From contig CAVVTZ010000009.1 of NCBI GenBank assembly GCA_963751275.1, positions 608,001 to 672,000 of the forward strand: DNA of 64,000 nt, in the 5' to 3' direction. The position numbers and the translations under genes were made by a program. Source of the stretch: an uncultured Gemmatimonadaceae bacterium. GTDB lineage: Bacteria > Gemmatimonadota > Gemmatimonadetes > Gemmatimonadales > Gemmatimonadaceae. Shown here one piece after another: positions 1 to 11,797 of this stretch (position 1 is the first letter of the stretch; each line of letters starts with the position of its first letter). The notes beneath the pieces are model-generated. The model was given only the letters and a program-made list of their open reading frames with translations. It made no database searches and was not told the origin of the DNA.

Positions 1-1
1 G

Positions 2-187
2 CCGCGTGACGACAAGGGCGTGATGGGCCCGTACGAAGCCGCGCTCACGGACAAGCATCCGCTCGCGGATCCGGCGCGGCCGCTGGAGATCCTGCGCACG
101 ATCCACAGCTTCGACCCCTGCATGGCGTGCGGCGTCCACGTCATCGACGTAAAGGGCAACCTGCTCGCGGACGTGAAAGTGCAATGA
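2..187 (+). CDS. [NiFe]-hydrogenase large subunit, C-terminal fragment (truncated by window edge)
   Basis: Frame 2 reads ...GPYEAAL...LEILRTIHSFDPCMACGVH-VIDVKGNLLADVKVQ*: L2 motif DPCxxCxxH plus a cleavable C-terminal extension. Confidence 0.93.
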   Translation, partial: PRDDKGVMGPYEAALTDKHPLADPARPLEILRTIHSFDPCMACGVHVIDVKGNLLADVKVQ

Positions 188-948
188 CGCCGCGCGTGGA
201 CGACACCCCGGGCATGAAGCCGGCGGGCCAGCGTCCGCTGCATCTCTCGAGCGACGTGCCGGCGCCCAGCGGCAATTATCGCTGGGTCTATCTCTGGCAG
301 TGGCCGATCCGCGCCATGCATTGGGCGGCGGCCGTGTCGATCGTGGTGCTCGCGGTCACGGGGTTCATGATCGGCAAGCCGTGGTTCATCACATCGGGCG
401 AGGCGAGCTCGCACTATTACATCGGGTTCGCGCGGCTCACGCACTTCCTCGCCGCGGGCGTGCTCGTGGCCACCGCGGTGGTGCGGGTGTATTGGCTCTT
501 CGCCGGCAACCAGTTCGAGCGGCTCAAGGCGCTCTTCCCGGTGCGGCCGCGCGACTGGAAGAACATGTTCAAGATGGTGAAGTACTACCTCATGCTCGAC
601 ACCGAGGGCGTGCCGCACTACCTCGGCCACAACCCGATGCAGCAGTTGTCGTACACGTTCATGTATCTCCTGGGATCGGTGATGGTGGTGACGGGATTCG
701 CGATGTACGGGCAGTCGAACCCCGGCGGATTCATCTGGACGCTGTTCCACTGGGTGCCGAACGTGGTGGGCGGGCTGCAGATGGTGCGCAGCATCCATCA
801 CGTGACCACGTGGGGATTCCTGATCTTCATCCCGATCCACGTGTACCTCGCCCTGCGCGCCGAGATCATCGAGCACACCGGCACGATCAGTTCGATCGTG
901 AGCGGCGGCCGGTTCGTCCCGAAGGATGAGCACTTCGTCGATGACTGA
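184..948 (+). CDS. Ni/Fe-hydrogenase b-type cytochrome subunit (HyaC/HupC family)
   Basis: W..PIRAMHW, RLTHF, LGHNPMQ, IHH and HVY heme-ligand motifs, four TM segments; ATG overlaps the upstream TGA. Confidence 0.9.
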   Translation: MTPRVDDTPGMKPAGQRPLHLSSDVPAPSGNYRWVYLWQWPIRAMHWAAAVSIVVLAVTGFMIGKPWFITSGEASSHYYIGFARLTHFLAAGVLVATAVVRVYWLFAGNQFERLKALFPVRPRDWKNMFKMVKYYLMLDTEGVPHYLGHNPMQQLSYTFMYLLGSVMVVTGFAMYGQSNPGGFIWTLFHWVPNVVGGLQMVRSIHHVTTWGFLIFIPIHVYLALRAEIIEHTGTISSIVSGGRFVPKDEHFVDD

Positions 949-1447
949 ACTCCGGCGTGTCACCGTCATCGGGCTGGGCAGCCCGCTCATGGGCGACGAT
1001 GGCGTCGGCCTCGAGGCGCTCGAGCGGCTCCGCCGCGATTTCGAGATGCCGTGCGAGGTGGAACTGGTGGACGGCGGCACGTGGGGGATGTCGTTGCTGC
1101 CGACGATCGAGGATTCGGACCGGCTCCTGTTCATCGATGCGATCAACACGGGCGCATTGCCCGGTACGGAGATCGTCCTGCGGCGCGATGACATCCCGCG
1201 CTATCTGTCGATGAAGATCTCGCCGCATCAAGTCGATCTGCGGGACGTGCTCGCGGTCGCGGAATTGCGCGGCACGCTCCCCGCTGAAACCATGGCGATC
1301 GGGTTGCAGCCCGACCGCGTCGAAATGGGGGTGGGTCTGTCCTCAACGCTCGAGCACAGGCTGGACGGCCTGGTGGCCACCGTGGTGCGCCAGCTCGCAG
1401 AGTGGGGATGCGCCTGCCGGCCACGCCCCGAGGCGATCTGTGCATGA
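941..1447 (+). CDS. Hydrogenase maturation endopeptidase (HyaD/HybD family)
   Basis: VIGLGSPLMGDDGVG, VDGGT, FIDA, SPHQ motifs. Confidence 0.92.
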   Translation: MTELRRVTVIGLGSPLMGDDGVGLEALERLRRDFEMPCEVELVDGGTWGMSLLPTIEDSDRLLFIDAINTGALPGTEIVLRRDDIPRYLSMKISPHQVDLRDVLAVAELRGTLPAETMAIGLQPDRVEMGVGLSSTLEHRLDGLVATVVRQLAEWGCACRPRPEAICA

Positions 1448-1700
1448 GATGAGCGTCGCGCTCGAGGTGTGTCGGATGGCCGAGGAGCGGCTCGATGGGG
1501 TGCTCCTCGGCCAGTTGGTCTCGGTCGGGCTCGAAGTCGGCGATGATGCCGGCCTCGAGCCCGAAAACCTTTCGTTCTGTCTGGAGGCGCTGCTCGCCCA
1601 GCCGCCGTTCGCCGGCGCCAAGCCGGTGATCGAGCGGGTGAAGGGCGATGTGCTCCGGCTGAGTTACTTGGAGGTGGACGATGGCCGTCCGGGTGATTGA
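1440..1700 (+). CDS. hypA: Hydrogenase nickel metallochaperone HypA (short form lacking the Zn-finger)
   Basis: N-terminal MHEMS Ni-binding motif, L.VG...G..PE.L.F pattern, located before hypB. Confidence 0.82.
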   Translation: MHEMSVALEVCRMAEERLDGVLLGQLVSVGLEVGDDAGLEPENLSFCLEALLAQPPFAGAKPVIERVKGDVLRLSYLEVDDGRPGD

Positions 1701-2370
1701 CGTTCGCGAGCGCGTGATGGAGAAGAACGACGAGATCGCGCGCGCGTTGCGCCATCGGCGCGAGATGGCGGGCGTGCCGGCGCTGAACCTGGTGAGCTCG
1801 CCGGGGGCGGGGAAGACGGCGCTGCTCGAGCGCACGCTGGACCTGCTCAACGAGGAGCTGTCCATCGCGCTCGTGACCGGCGATCTGCAGACGCAGAACG
1901 ACGCGGACCGCCTCGCGGCACACACCGCGCGCCTCGTGCAGGCCGTGGTCACCAACGGCGCGTGCCACCTGGATGCGCGGCAGATCGAGCACGCCCTGGA
2001 CGCGGTGGACCTCGACGCGACCGATCTCCTGCTCATCGAGAACGTCGGCAATCTCGTCTGCCCGGCGAGCTGGGACCTGGGCGAAGACGCGAAGGTCGTG
2101 CTGCTCTCGGTGACCGAGGGCGACGACAAGCCGGAGAAGTATCCGAAGATCTTCCGCGAATCGGATTTCGCCGTGATCACGAAGATCGACCTCCTGCCCT
2201 ACGTACCTTTCGATGTGGGGAAGGCGGCGGGATTCATGCGCGACGTGAATCCGTTCATCCGGATCTTCTACACGTCGGCGACGACCGGCGAAGGGATGGA
2301 GGAGTGGTGCGATTTCCTTCGGGAGACGGCGATGCGCGCGTCGCCCGCGGCGAAGTGGGCGCGACAATGA
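1681..2370 (+). CDS. hypB: Hydrogenase nickel incorporation GTPase HypB
   Basis: SSPGAGKT, CHLDA, ENVGNLVCPA, EGDDKPEKYP, TKID. Confidence 0.96.
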   Translation: MAVRVIDVRERVMEKNDEIARALRHRREMAGVPALNLVSSPGAGKTALLERTLDLLNEELSIALVTGDLQTQNDADRLAAHTARLVQAVVTNGACHLDARQIEHALDAVDLDATDLLLIENVGNLVCPASWDLGEDAKVVLLSVTEGDDKPEKYPKIFRESDFAVITKIDLLPYVPFDVGKAAGFMRDVNPFIRIFYTSATTGEGMEEWCDFLRETAMRASPAAKWARQ

Positions 2371-4701
2371 GCAGCACGGCCGTGCGCGCCGTTCCGGCGG
2401 CGCGGGCGCTGCACGTGACCGGCGTGGTCCAAGGGGTGGGGTTCCGCCCCTTCGTCCATCGGATCGCCGTGCGCCACGGCCTCGCGGGGTGGGTGCTGAA
2501 CCGGAGTGGCGAGGTGGAGATCCGCGTGGAAGGGGAGAGCGCAGCGATCGATGCGTTCTGCGCCGCGCTGGTGACCGAGGCGCCGCCGCTCGCGCAGATC
2601 GACCGCGTGGTGGCCTCGCCGTCGCTCGTGGAGGGTGCCCGGGGATTCGCGATCCGCGAGAGCACGCACGATCCCGACCGGCGGCAGCCGGTGCCGGCCG
2701 ATGTCGCGATGTGCGCGGCGTGCGAGCGCGAGCTCTTCGATCACGCGGACCGGCGCTACGGCTATCCGTTCATCACGTGCACCGACTGCGGGCCGCGCTA
2801 CACGGTGATCACCGCGCTGCCGTACGACCGCGAGCGCACCACGATGCGCGCGTTCACGCAGTGTGCCGAGTGCCGGCGCGAGTACGAGACGCCCGGCGAC
2901 CGCCGGCATCACAGCGAGACGAATTCCTGCCCGAAGTGCGGCCCGCGCCTGAGCTGGATCCCGGTCGGCCTCACGGCGTCGGGGCGGCGCGCGAGCGACC
3001 CCGACCCGCTGGGCGCCGCGTCGAACGCGCTGCGCGATGGGTTGATCGTCGCGGTGCGCGGCGTGGGCGGATTCCATCTCGCGGTGGACGCGACGAGCGA
3101 GACCGCGGTGAGCCGGCTGCGCCGGCGCAAGCACCGCGACGAGAAACCGCTCGCGGTCATGGTGCGGTCGCTCGAAGAGGCGCGGCAGCTCGCGCATGTG
3201 AGCAAGGCGGAGGCGGCGCTGCTCCAGTCGCAGAAACGGCCGGTGGTGCTGCTCGCGCGGCGCGACGGCGCGCCGGTGGCGAGCGAGCGTCGCGCCGGGG
3301 CTCGCCTGGATCGGGATCATGCTCGCGTACTCGCCGCTGCATCATCTCCTGCTCGACCGCGTGCAGCGCCCGCTGGTGATGACGAGCGGGAATCTGAGCG
3401 AGGAGCCGATCGCCGCGAGCGAGGATGAGGCGGTGGCGCGGCTGCGCGGCATCGCCGATGCGTTCCTCATGCACGACCGCGGGATCGCGGCGCGCATCGA
3501 CGACTCGGTGCTGCGGGTGATCGACGGCGCGCCCGCCTTCATCCGGCGCGCCCGCGGCTATGCGCCGCTGCCGGTGACGCTGCCGGTGGCGAGCCCGGTG
3601 CCGCTGGTGGCGGTGGGCCCGCACCTCAAGAACACCTTCACGCTCGTGCATGGCGCGTCGGCCTACGTGAGCCAGCACATCGGCGATCTGGACAATCTCG
3701 AGACGCTCGACCACTTCAGGTCCACATACGACCACCAGTGCCGCCTCTTCCGCATCAAGCCCGAAGGCGTGGTGCGGGACATGCACCCGGGGTATCTGTC
3801 GACGCGGATCGCCGAGGAGCTCGCGTTGCCGGCGATCAGCGTGCAGCACCATCATGCGCACATCGCGGCCGTGATGGCGGAGCATGGCGTCACGGGCCGC
3901 GTACTCGGCGTGGCGTTCGATGGCACCGGCTACGGCGATGATGGCCGCGTGTGGGGCGCGGAGTGGCTCGTGTGCGATCTGCTCGGCTACGAGCGCGTGG
4001 GGCAGCTGCGCTACGCCCCGCTGCCCGGCGGCGACATGGCGATCCGGCTCCCCTGGCGCGTCGCGCTCGGCTACCTCTCGCTCGCGCCGGAGCAGGCGGA
4101 CGGATTCAAGCTCGCGTTCCATGGCGCGGACGTGCGCGAGCAGGAGCTGGCGAAACTCCAGGTGGCGCGCGCGATCAACTCGCCGCTCGCAAGCTCCATC
4201 GGGCGGTTGTTCGACGCCGCGGCCGCGGTGCTCGGCGTTCGCACGCACGCGTTCTTCGAGGGGCAGGCGGCGATGGAACTGGAGGCGCTCGCCGGCGACC
4301 GGACGGGTGTGGAATTCGAGATCCCGGTGACGCGCGATCCGGTGACGGGGCGCGCGGTGCTCGATCCGGTGCCAATGCTCGCGGAGTTGGGACGCCGGCG
4401 CATCGCCGGCGGGGATGTGGCGGATCTCGCCGCCGCGCTGCACGAGAGCGTGGCGGCGGCCACCGCGAGTACGGCGCGCTATGCCGCGGAGGGGGCCGGG
4501 CTGTCCGTGGTGGCGCTCGGCGGCGGCGTCTTCCAGAACGCGAGATTGCTCGCGTCGGTGCGCGCGCGGCTCGAACAGATGCAGTTCCGGGTGCTCGTGC
4601 CGCGCGCGCTCCCGGCGAACGATGGCGGCATCAGTTACGGTCAGGCGGCGGTCGCCGCGGCCCGGCTCAGCGCCGGCCTCGCGCGCTCGACGCAACACTA
4701 A
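2367..4701 (+). CDS. hypF: Carbamoyltransferase HypF (frameshift near 3285)
   Basis: [10 protein letters not shown] acylphosphatase domain, CxxC Zn fingers, [25 protein letters not shown] spread across two frames. Confidence 0.93.
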
Positions 4702-4715
4702 CGGAGAAGGCCACC

Positions 4716-5006
4716 ATGTGCCTCGGCATCCCCGGACGGATCATCGAACTCCATCACGACGGCGACCTCGCGATGGGCATGGTGGATTTCGGCGGCGTGC
4801 GCCGCGACGTCTGCCTCGCGTACGTGCAGGATGAAGTGGACATCGGCGACTACGTGATCGTGCACGTGGGGTTCGCGATCTCGAAGGTGGACGAGGCGGA
4901 GGCGAAGCGCACGTTCGAAGCGCTCGAGGAGATGAGCCAGCTGGATGAGCTGGAGTTCCTGAAGGACGCGATCCCCCCCGGCATGCTCTCGTCGGAGGCG
5001 CGGCAC

Positions 5007-5010
<4 letters not shown>
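4716..5010 (+). CDS. hypC: HypC chaperone (reads in frame into hypD in this assembly)
   Basis: [23 protein letters not shown] overlap at 5007-5010. Confidence 0.9.
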
Positions 5011-6133
<1,123 letters not shown>

Positions 6134-6137
<4 letters not shown>

Positions 6138-7225
6138 GCGCCGTGTCGAAGGATGTCGCGCCGGAGGTGGCGCAGCGGCTCGCGGCGGGGCTGTCCTGCC
6201 CGGCGCCGCTCACCGACCGCGACCGGGTGCTGCTGGGTCATGGTTCCGGCGGCAAGCTGAGCGCCGCGCTGGTGCGGGATCGGTTCCTGCCGCACTTCGA
6301 CGGCGCGGAACTGGCGCAGTTGGGCGACGCGGCCGTGGTGAAGGTGAGCGCGGGCTCGCTCGCGATCTCGACCGACTCGTTCGTGGTGAATCCGCTGGAG
6401 TTCCCGGGCGGGAACATCGGGACCCTCGCGGTGAACGGGACGGTGAACGATGTGGCCATGATGGGCGCGCGGCCGCTGTGGATCACCGTGGGGTTCATTC
6501 TGGAGGAAGGGCTGCCGCTGCTGGTGCTGGACCGCGTGATCGCGGAGATGGCACGCGCGGCGAAGGCGGCCGGCGTGTCCATCGTGACGGGCGACACGAA
6601 GGTGGTGGAGCGGGGGAAGGCCGACGGGATGTTCATCAACACGACGGGGGTGGGGATCATCGATCCGAACTTCCGTCCGGCGCCGGACCGCGCGCGCGCG
6701 GGAGATGCGGTGATCGTGAGCGGGAATCTGGGCGTGCACGGCATCACGATCATGGCCGCGCGCGAGGGGATCGCCTTCGATGTGGACCTCGAGAGCGACA
6801 GCGCGGCGCTCGTACCGCTGGTGGACGCATTGCGCGACGCCGTGGGCGTGGAGATCCGCGCGCTGCGCGATCCGACGCGCGGCGGCGTGGCGAGCACGCT
6901 CAACGAGATCGCGGCCGCGAGCAAGGTGGGCGTGGTGCTCGACGAATCGACCCTCCCTGTCCCCATCGCGGTGGCCGGCGCGTGCGAGATGCTCGGACTC
7001 GATTCTCTCTATGTGGCGAACGAGGGGATCTTCGTGGCGATCGTGCCCGACGAACTTGCGTCCGAGGCGCTCGCCGCGCTGCGCGCGCTGCCGCTCGGCG
7101 CGAATGCGCGCCGGATCGGGCACTGCGTGGCGCAGCATCCGGGCATGGTCGTGATGCGCACCGCCATCGGCGGCACGCGCGTGGTGGACATGCTGCCCGG
7201 CGACCAGCTGCCGCGGATCTGCTAG
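6134..7225 (+). CDS. hypE: Hydrogenase expression/formation protein HypE
   Basis: HGSGGK, GDTKVV, DPTRGG, C-terminal QLPRIC. Confidence 0.96.
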
Positions 7226-7255
7226 CTCGGCTTCGCGCGCCGCGCGGTCGCCGCC

Positions 7256-7333
7256 GGCGAGCCGCCTGACGCGCCAGTCGCTGCGTGACTCGCGCACTGA
7301 CGCGCGCGAGTCCCTCGCTGAGCGCTGCGGCGG
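7256..7333. repeat. 78-bp palindromic element, inverted copy of 8221-8298
   Basis: Reverse complement matches 8221-8298 with few substitutions; nested inside a larger hairpin (about 7243-7352). Confidence 0.85.
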
Positions 7334-7397
7334 CTCGCCGGCGGCGACCGCGCTGCCTCGGATCACGAAATACGCTAAGCGCGAGCGACCCCGGCGA

Positions 7398-7622
7398 TCA
7401 GGCGTCGCGGGTCAGCTTGAACAGCGTCTCCACCGTCGTGTGCAGCGCGCGCGCCAACTTGAGCGCGAGGAGGGTCGATGGGATGAAGCGGCCGGTCTCG
7501 ACGGTGTTGATCGTTTTGCGGGTCACGCCGACCAGGTCGGCGAGGTCCTCCTGCGTGAGCTGGTGACGCGCGCGTTCGACCCGCAGCGTATTCTGGAGCC
7601 GCTCGCTTGGCGCGGCGTTCAC
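7398..7622 (-). CDS. XRE/Cro-family HTH transcriptional regulator
   Basis: N.LR..R....LTQEDLADLVGVTRKTINTVETGRFIPSTLLALKLA. Confidence 0.9.
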   Translation of the reverse strand: MNAAPSERLQNTLRVERARHQLTQEDLADLVGVTRKTINTVETGRFIPSTLLALKLARALHTTVETLFKLTRDA

Positions 7623-8062
7623 TCGCGCTCGAACCAGAGGAATCCCCCGATCGCGGCGTCGCACCCGACGAGGATCGTGAGCTGGGCCGCGACCACAGTG
7701 GGAATCGTGAAGAAGAGCACGGTCGCGATGATCACGATCCCTTGGGTCGCCATGACTGCGAACAGGGCGAGCGCGAACGCCTTCAGGCGCATCAGTTGCC
7801 AGCGCTCATCGGTCAGTGCGGAGGCGAGGGCGGCGTCGGCGCTGACTTGCCGAATCCAGCGCCTCATTTGGAACAGGTGAAAGGTCCAATACGCGCTCGC
7901 CGCCAGTGCGATGACCACGAGCACAACGCGCACGCTGCGGGAAACGCTTGCCGGACCAAGCAGGCCGTTGGCAATGGTTGCCCCCTGCCACACGGTGAAC
8001 CCGACGAGAATGCCGAGCAGCACGCGTCGGCGACTTCGATCAAGAGCTTCTACGGCGGACAT
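7619..8062 (-). CDS. Four-TM membrane protein translationally coupled to the XRE regulator
   Basis: Hydrophobic segments, DER motif, GGAGA RBS, GTGA overlap with the XRE gene. Confidence 0.75.
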   Translation of the reverse strand: MSAVEALDRSRRRVLLGILVGFTVWQGATIANGLLGPASVSRSVRVVLVVIALAASAYWTFHLFQMRRWIRQVSADAALASALTDERWQLMRLKAFALALFAVMATQGIVIIATVLFFTIPTVVAAQLTILVGCDAAIGGFLWFERE

Positions 8063-8099
8063 GATATCTCCCAGGATTGATATAACCCGAATCGACCAC

Positions 8100-8127
8100 A
8101 AAGTAACCTATAGGTTACATCTGTCAA
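8100..8127 (-). promoter_or_regulatory. sigma70 promoter TTGACA-N16-TACTTT overlapped by the perfect palindrome GTAACCTATAGGTTAC (8103-8118), a probable XRE operator
   Basis: Read directly from the sequence; AT-rich patch upstream of the membrane protein-XRE operon. Confidence 0.75.
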
Positions 8128-8220
8128 TCCCGACTGGGATCAGGAGCAACGAACAGGGATCTCGTGTCGACACTCGCTCTCGCGCCGTACATGACCCGCA
8201 GCGAGGAAGGTCCGGGCGGA

Positions 8221-8298
8221 CCGCCGCAGCGCTCAGTGAGGGACTCGCGTGCGTCAGCGCGCGAGTCACGCAACGCCTGGCGCGTCAGGCGGTTCGCC
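8221..8298. repeat. 78-bp palindromic element, inverted copy of 7256-7333
   Basis: Direct comparison of the two sequences. Confidence 0.85.
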
Positions 8299-8342
8299 CG
8301 GGCCTGACGAGCGTCCGCGCGGTGATGGGAGCGAAAGAAGAT

Positions 8343-8376
8343 CGGGACCCGGGAGCAGCGTCGCTCCCGGGTCCCG
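8343..8376 (-). terminator. Intrinsic terminator downstream of the sulfatase
   Basis: 14-bp GC stem CGGGACCCGGGAGC/GCTCCCGGGTCCCG followed by ATCTTCTTTC on the minus strand. Confidence 0.7.
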
Positions 8377-8399
8377 TGTTCACTCTCTGCGATTGAGCC

Positions 8400-10923
8400 C
8401 TACTGCTCGCTCTCGCCCCAGTCGTGCGCTTGCGCACGCGCGTCGCGCATGCGCTTCTGGTCCTCGGCACCGAGCTGCACGGGGCCGATGTCCACCGTCA
8501 CCTTATTGATCGTGCCGGTGAAGGTGAAGGGCACCAGGTAGTCCGCGTCGTTCACGGCGGTGCGCGTGTCGCTGCCCGACGTCGAAGGTCTCGTCGAGCG
8601 TCATGATGAACGGGATCGTGTGCGGCACCGTCGTGGTCGCGACGGTCTTGCCGTCCACCTTCAGCACGCCCGTGCCGCCCTTGCCGAAGCCAGGGCCGTC
8701 GTACTTGAAGTCGAAGACGATCGTGTGCTTGCCCGGCGCGAGGGCCGCGCTGTCGGCCCAGCGGAAGCGGGCCATGTCCAGCAGGTTGTACAGGAACACA
8801 GGCTTCCCCTTGAGCAGGTACAAGCCGAATCCGCCGAAGCGGCCGCCTTCGGTGACGATCATTCCACTGCCGCCCCCCGCCGGCACCGTCACGTCCGCGG
8901 TGATCGTGAACGACCGCGCGAGGATGTCGGCGGCGCCGGACGTCGGGATGCCCGTCACCGGGTGCGTGTACGTGAACGACGTGCGCCCCGCCGAGTAGCT
9001 GGGCTTGGGCGTCAGCACGCGCTGGAGGATCGATTGTCCAGCGGCAGCACCTGATACTTCGCCGCCTCCGTCATGAAGAGCTCCTGCATCTCCTTGAGCT
9101 TGTCCGGCATCTGCGCGGCGAGGTCGTTGTCCTCGCGAGTAGTCCTCGGCGATGTTGTACAGCTCCCACTTGTAGCCGTTGAGGACGTTCGGCGCCGTGG
9201 TCGCGCCCAGGAGCCAGGGTGCCGCCCAGCGGGGTGGTGGACGCGATCCAGCCGTCATGATAGATCGCGCGGTTGCCGAACATCTCGAAGTACTGCGTGG
9301 TGCGCGCGGACGGCGCGTTCGCGTTCGCCTTGTCCCACGTGTAGGCCATGCTCACGCCCTCGATCGGCTTCTGCGCGACGCCATTCACGAACTGCGGCGC
9401 CGGGATCCCGGTGGCCTCGAGGATCGTGGGCACGATGTCGATCATGTGATGGAACTGCGTGCGGATGCCGCCGGCGTCCTTGATGCGGTCCGGGCCACGC
9501 CATCGCCATGCCCTGGCGCGTGCCGCCGAAGTGCGATGCGACCTGCTTGGTCCACTTGAACGGCGTATCGAAGGCCCATGACCACGCCACCGACATGTGC
9601 GGCTGGGTCACCGCGGAACCCCACACGTCGTAGAACTTCAGCTGGTCCTTCGACCGGAACGTTGATGGCCTGGAGCGCCGCCAGATCGAAGGGCGTGCCG
9701 AGCGTCGTGCCTTCGGCGCTCGTGCCGTTGTCGCCCTCGATGTAGATGATCAGCGTGTTGTCGAGCTTGCCCATGTCCTCCACCGCCTGGATGACGCGAC
9801 CGATCTCGTTGTCGGTGTAGGCGACGTAGGCTGCGTACACCTCGGCCTGCCGCGCGAACATCTTCTTCTCGTCGGGCGGTGAGCGTCTCCCACTTGGGCA
9901 GGTCGTCCGGCCAGGGCGTGAGCTTCGTGTTCGCCGGGATCACGCCGAGTCGCTTCTGGTTGGCGAAGATCGTGTCGCGCATCGCGTTCCAGCCCATGTC
10001 GAACTTCCCCTTGAACTTCTCGATCCACTCGGGGGTGGGATGATGCGGCGCGTGCGTGGCGCCCGGCACGTAGTAGACGAAGAACGGCTTGTCGGGCGCG
10101 ACGGCGTTCAGCTGTCCATGTACTTGATCGCCTCGTCCGCCATGTCGGTGATCAGGTTGTAGCCCGGATGCCCGATCCACGGAAAGATCTGCGTGTGATT
10201 GCGGAAGAGGTACGGCGTCCACTGGTCCGACTCGCCGCCCATGAAGCCGTAGAAGTACTCGAAGCCCATGCCGCTGGGCCACTGGTCGAACGGTCCGGCG
10301 TTGCTGTACAGGTAGGCAGGCGTGTTGTGATTCTTGCCGAACCAGGATGTGGCGTAGCCATGGTCGCGCAGGATCGTCGCCGATCGTTGCGTTCTCGGGT
10401 CCAATGATCGAGTTGTAGCCGGGGTAGCCGGTGGCCTGTTCCGCGACGACGCCGAAGCCCACCGAGTGATGATTGCGGCCGGTGATGAGCGCCGCGCGGG
10501 TGGGTGAACAGAGCGCGGTCGAATGGAACTGCGTGTAGCGCAGGCCCATCTGCGCGACGCGGTCGAGCGCGGGCGTCGGGATCACGCCGCCGAAGGTGCC
10601 CGGAGACACCGTAGCCGGCGTCGTCCGTCATGATCAGCAGGACGTTCGGCGCGCCCTTGGGCGGCACGATCCTTCGGCGGCCAGCATGGCTTGGACTGAT
10701 CCGCCGCATCCTTGATCACGCCGCCGAATGGCGGCTCCGCCGCGGGGATCTTGTCGCCGGCGATGGTGGTCGTGGCGGCCGGCGAACAGGGAGCGCCGGT
10801 GGTCTGCTGGGGTGCGGCTGCGGGTGCGGACGCGGCGGGTTGCTGTGCCACGGCGTTCACCGCGGCGAACAACGCGAGCGCCGTAATGCCGGCGGTCGCT
10901 CTACGGAAAAGATCCGAGCGCAT
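8400..10923 (-). CDS. Secreted arylsulfatase, Cys-type (multiple frameshifts)
   Basis: Signal peptide, PNVLLIMTDD, CSPTRAALITG, GKNH, HAPHH, GDNG, WELYN across several frames. Confidence 0.88.
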
Positions 10924-11061
10924 GTGCGTTCTCCTCAAAGAATTTGCCAGGCGGCCGGGATACGGGTGTCCCGGACTCCCATTCGTGAGGCAACGCTAAC
11001 CGGGCGCGCCGAACCCCGGCGTGGGGGATTCTCCGACAATGCGTCGGAATTCCGCCGGATA

Positions 11062-11758
11062 CTACGGCGCCGCGTGCTCCGCGAGCGCGAGTTCCTCGCG
11101 GCGTACGGAGCGCAGCGCGAGGGAGAAGACAGACCCGAATGCGCGCGCGACTTCCGCGCGCACGAGCGCATCATCCGCGCGCGCGGCGCCGAGTTCGCGC
11201 GCGATGGAGGTCATCGTCACGTCCTGGATGCCGCAGGGCACGATGAGATCGAAGTAGCTGAGATCCGTGTTCACGTTGAGCGCGAAGCCGTGCCAAGTGA
11301 CCCAGTCGCGCGCGTGCACGCCAATGGACGCGATCTTGCGCCCGCGCGTCCACACGCCGGTCTTGCCGGGGTTCCGCTCGGCGGGAATGCCGAGGGCGTC
11401 GAGCGCCACGATCAGCGCCTCCTCAACCTGGCGCAGATACCAGTGCAGATCCTGCTTGTGCCGCTTGAGATCGACGATCGGATAGCCGACGAGCTGGCCG
11501 GGACCATGGAACGTGATGTCCCCGCCGCGTTCGACCTCGAACACTTCCACGCCGCGCGCGCGTAGCAGCTCCGGCGTCGCGAGCAGATTCGCTTCCTTCG
11601 CGGTCCGCCCCAGCGTCACCACCGGCGGGTGCTCGAGCAGGATCAACAGGTCTTCAGGCAGACTCGCCGCTGATCCGCGCGCGCGCCGCGCTGCGCTGCA
11701 GTTCCAGCGCCTCGCCATACGGCACGAGCCCCAAGTCCGCAATGAGTAGTTCGCTCAT
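11062..11758 (-). CDS. lipB: Lipoyl(octanoyl) transferase LipB (frameshift near the 5' end)
   Basis: LEHPPVVTLG, RGGDITFHGPGQLVGYP, KIASIG, HGFALN, IVPCG. Confidence 0.93.
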
Positions 11759-11764
11759 CGCGGT

Positions 11765-11788
11765 CGACTCCCGACTCCCGACTCCCGA
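11765..11788. repeat. Heptamer tandem repeat (CGACTCC)3
   Basis: Seen in the lpdA-lipB spacer. Confidence 0.7.
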
Positions 11789-11797
11789 ACACGACCG

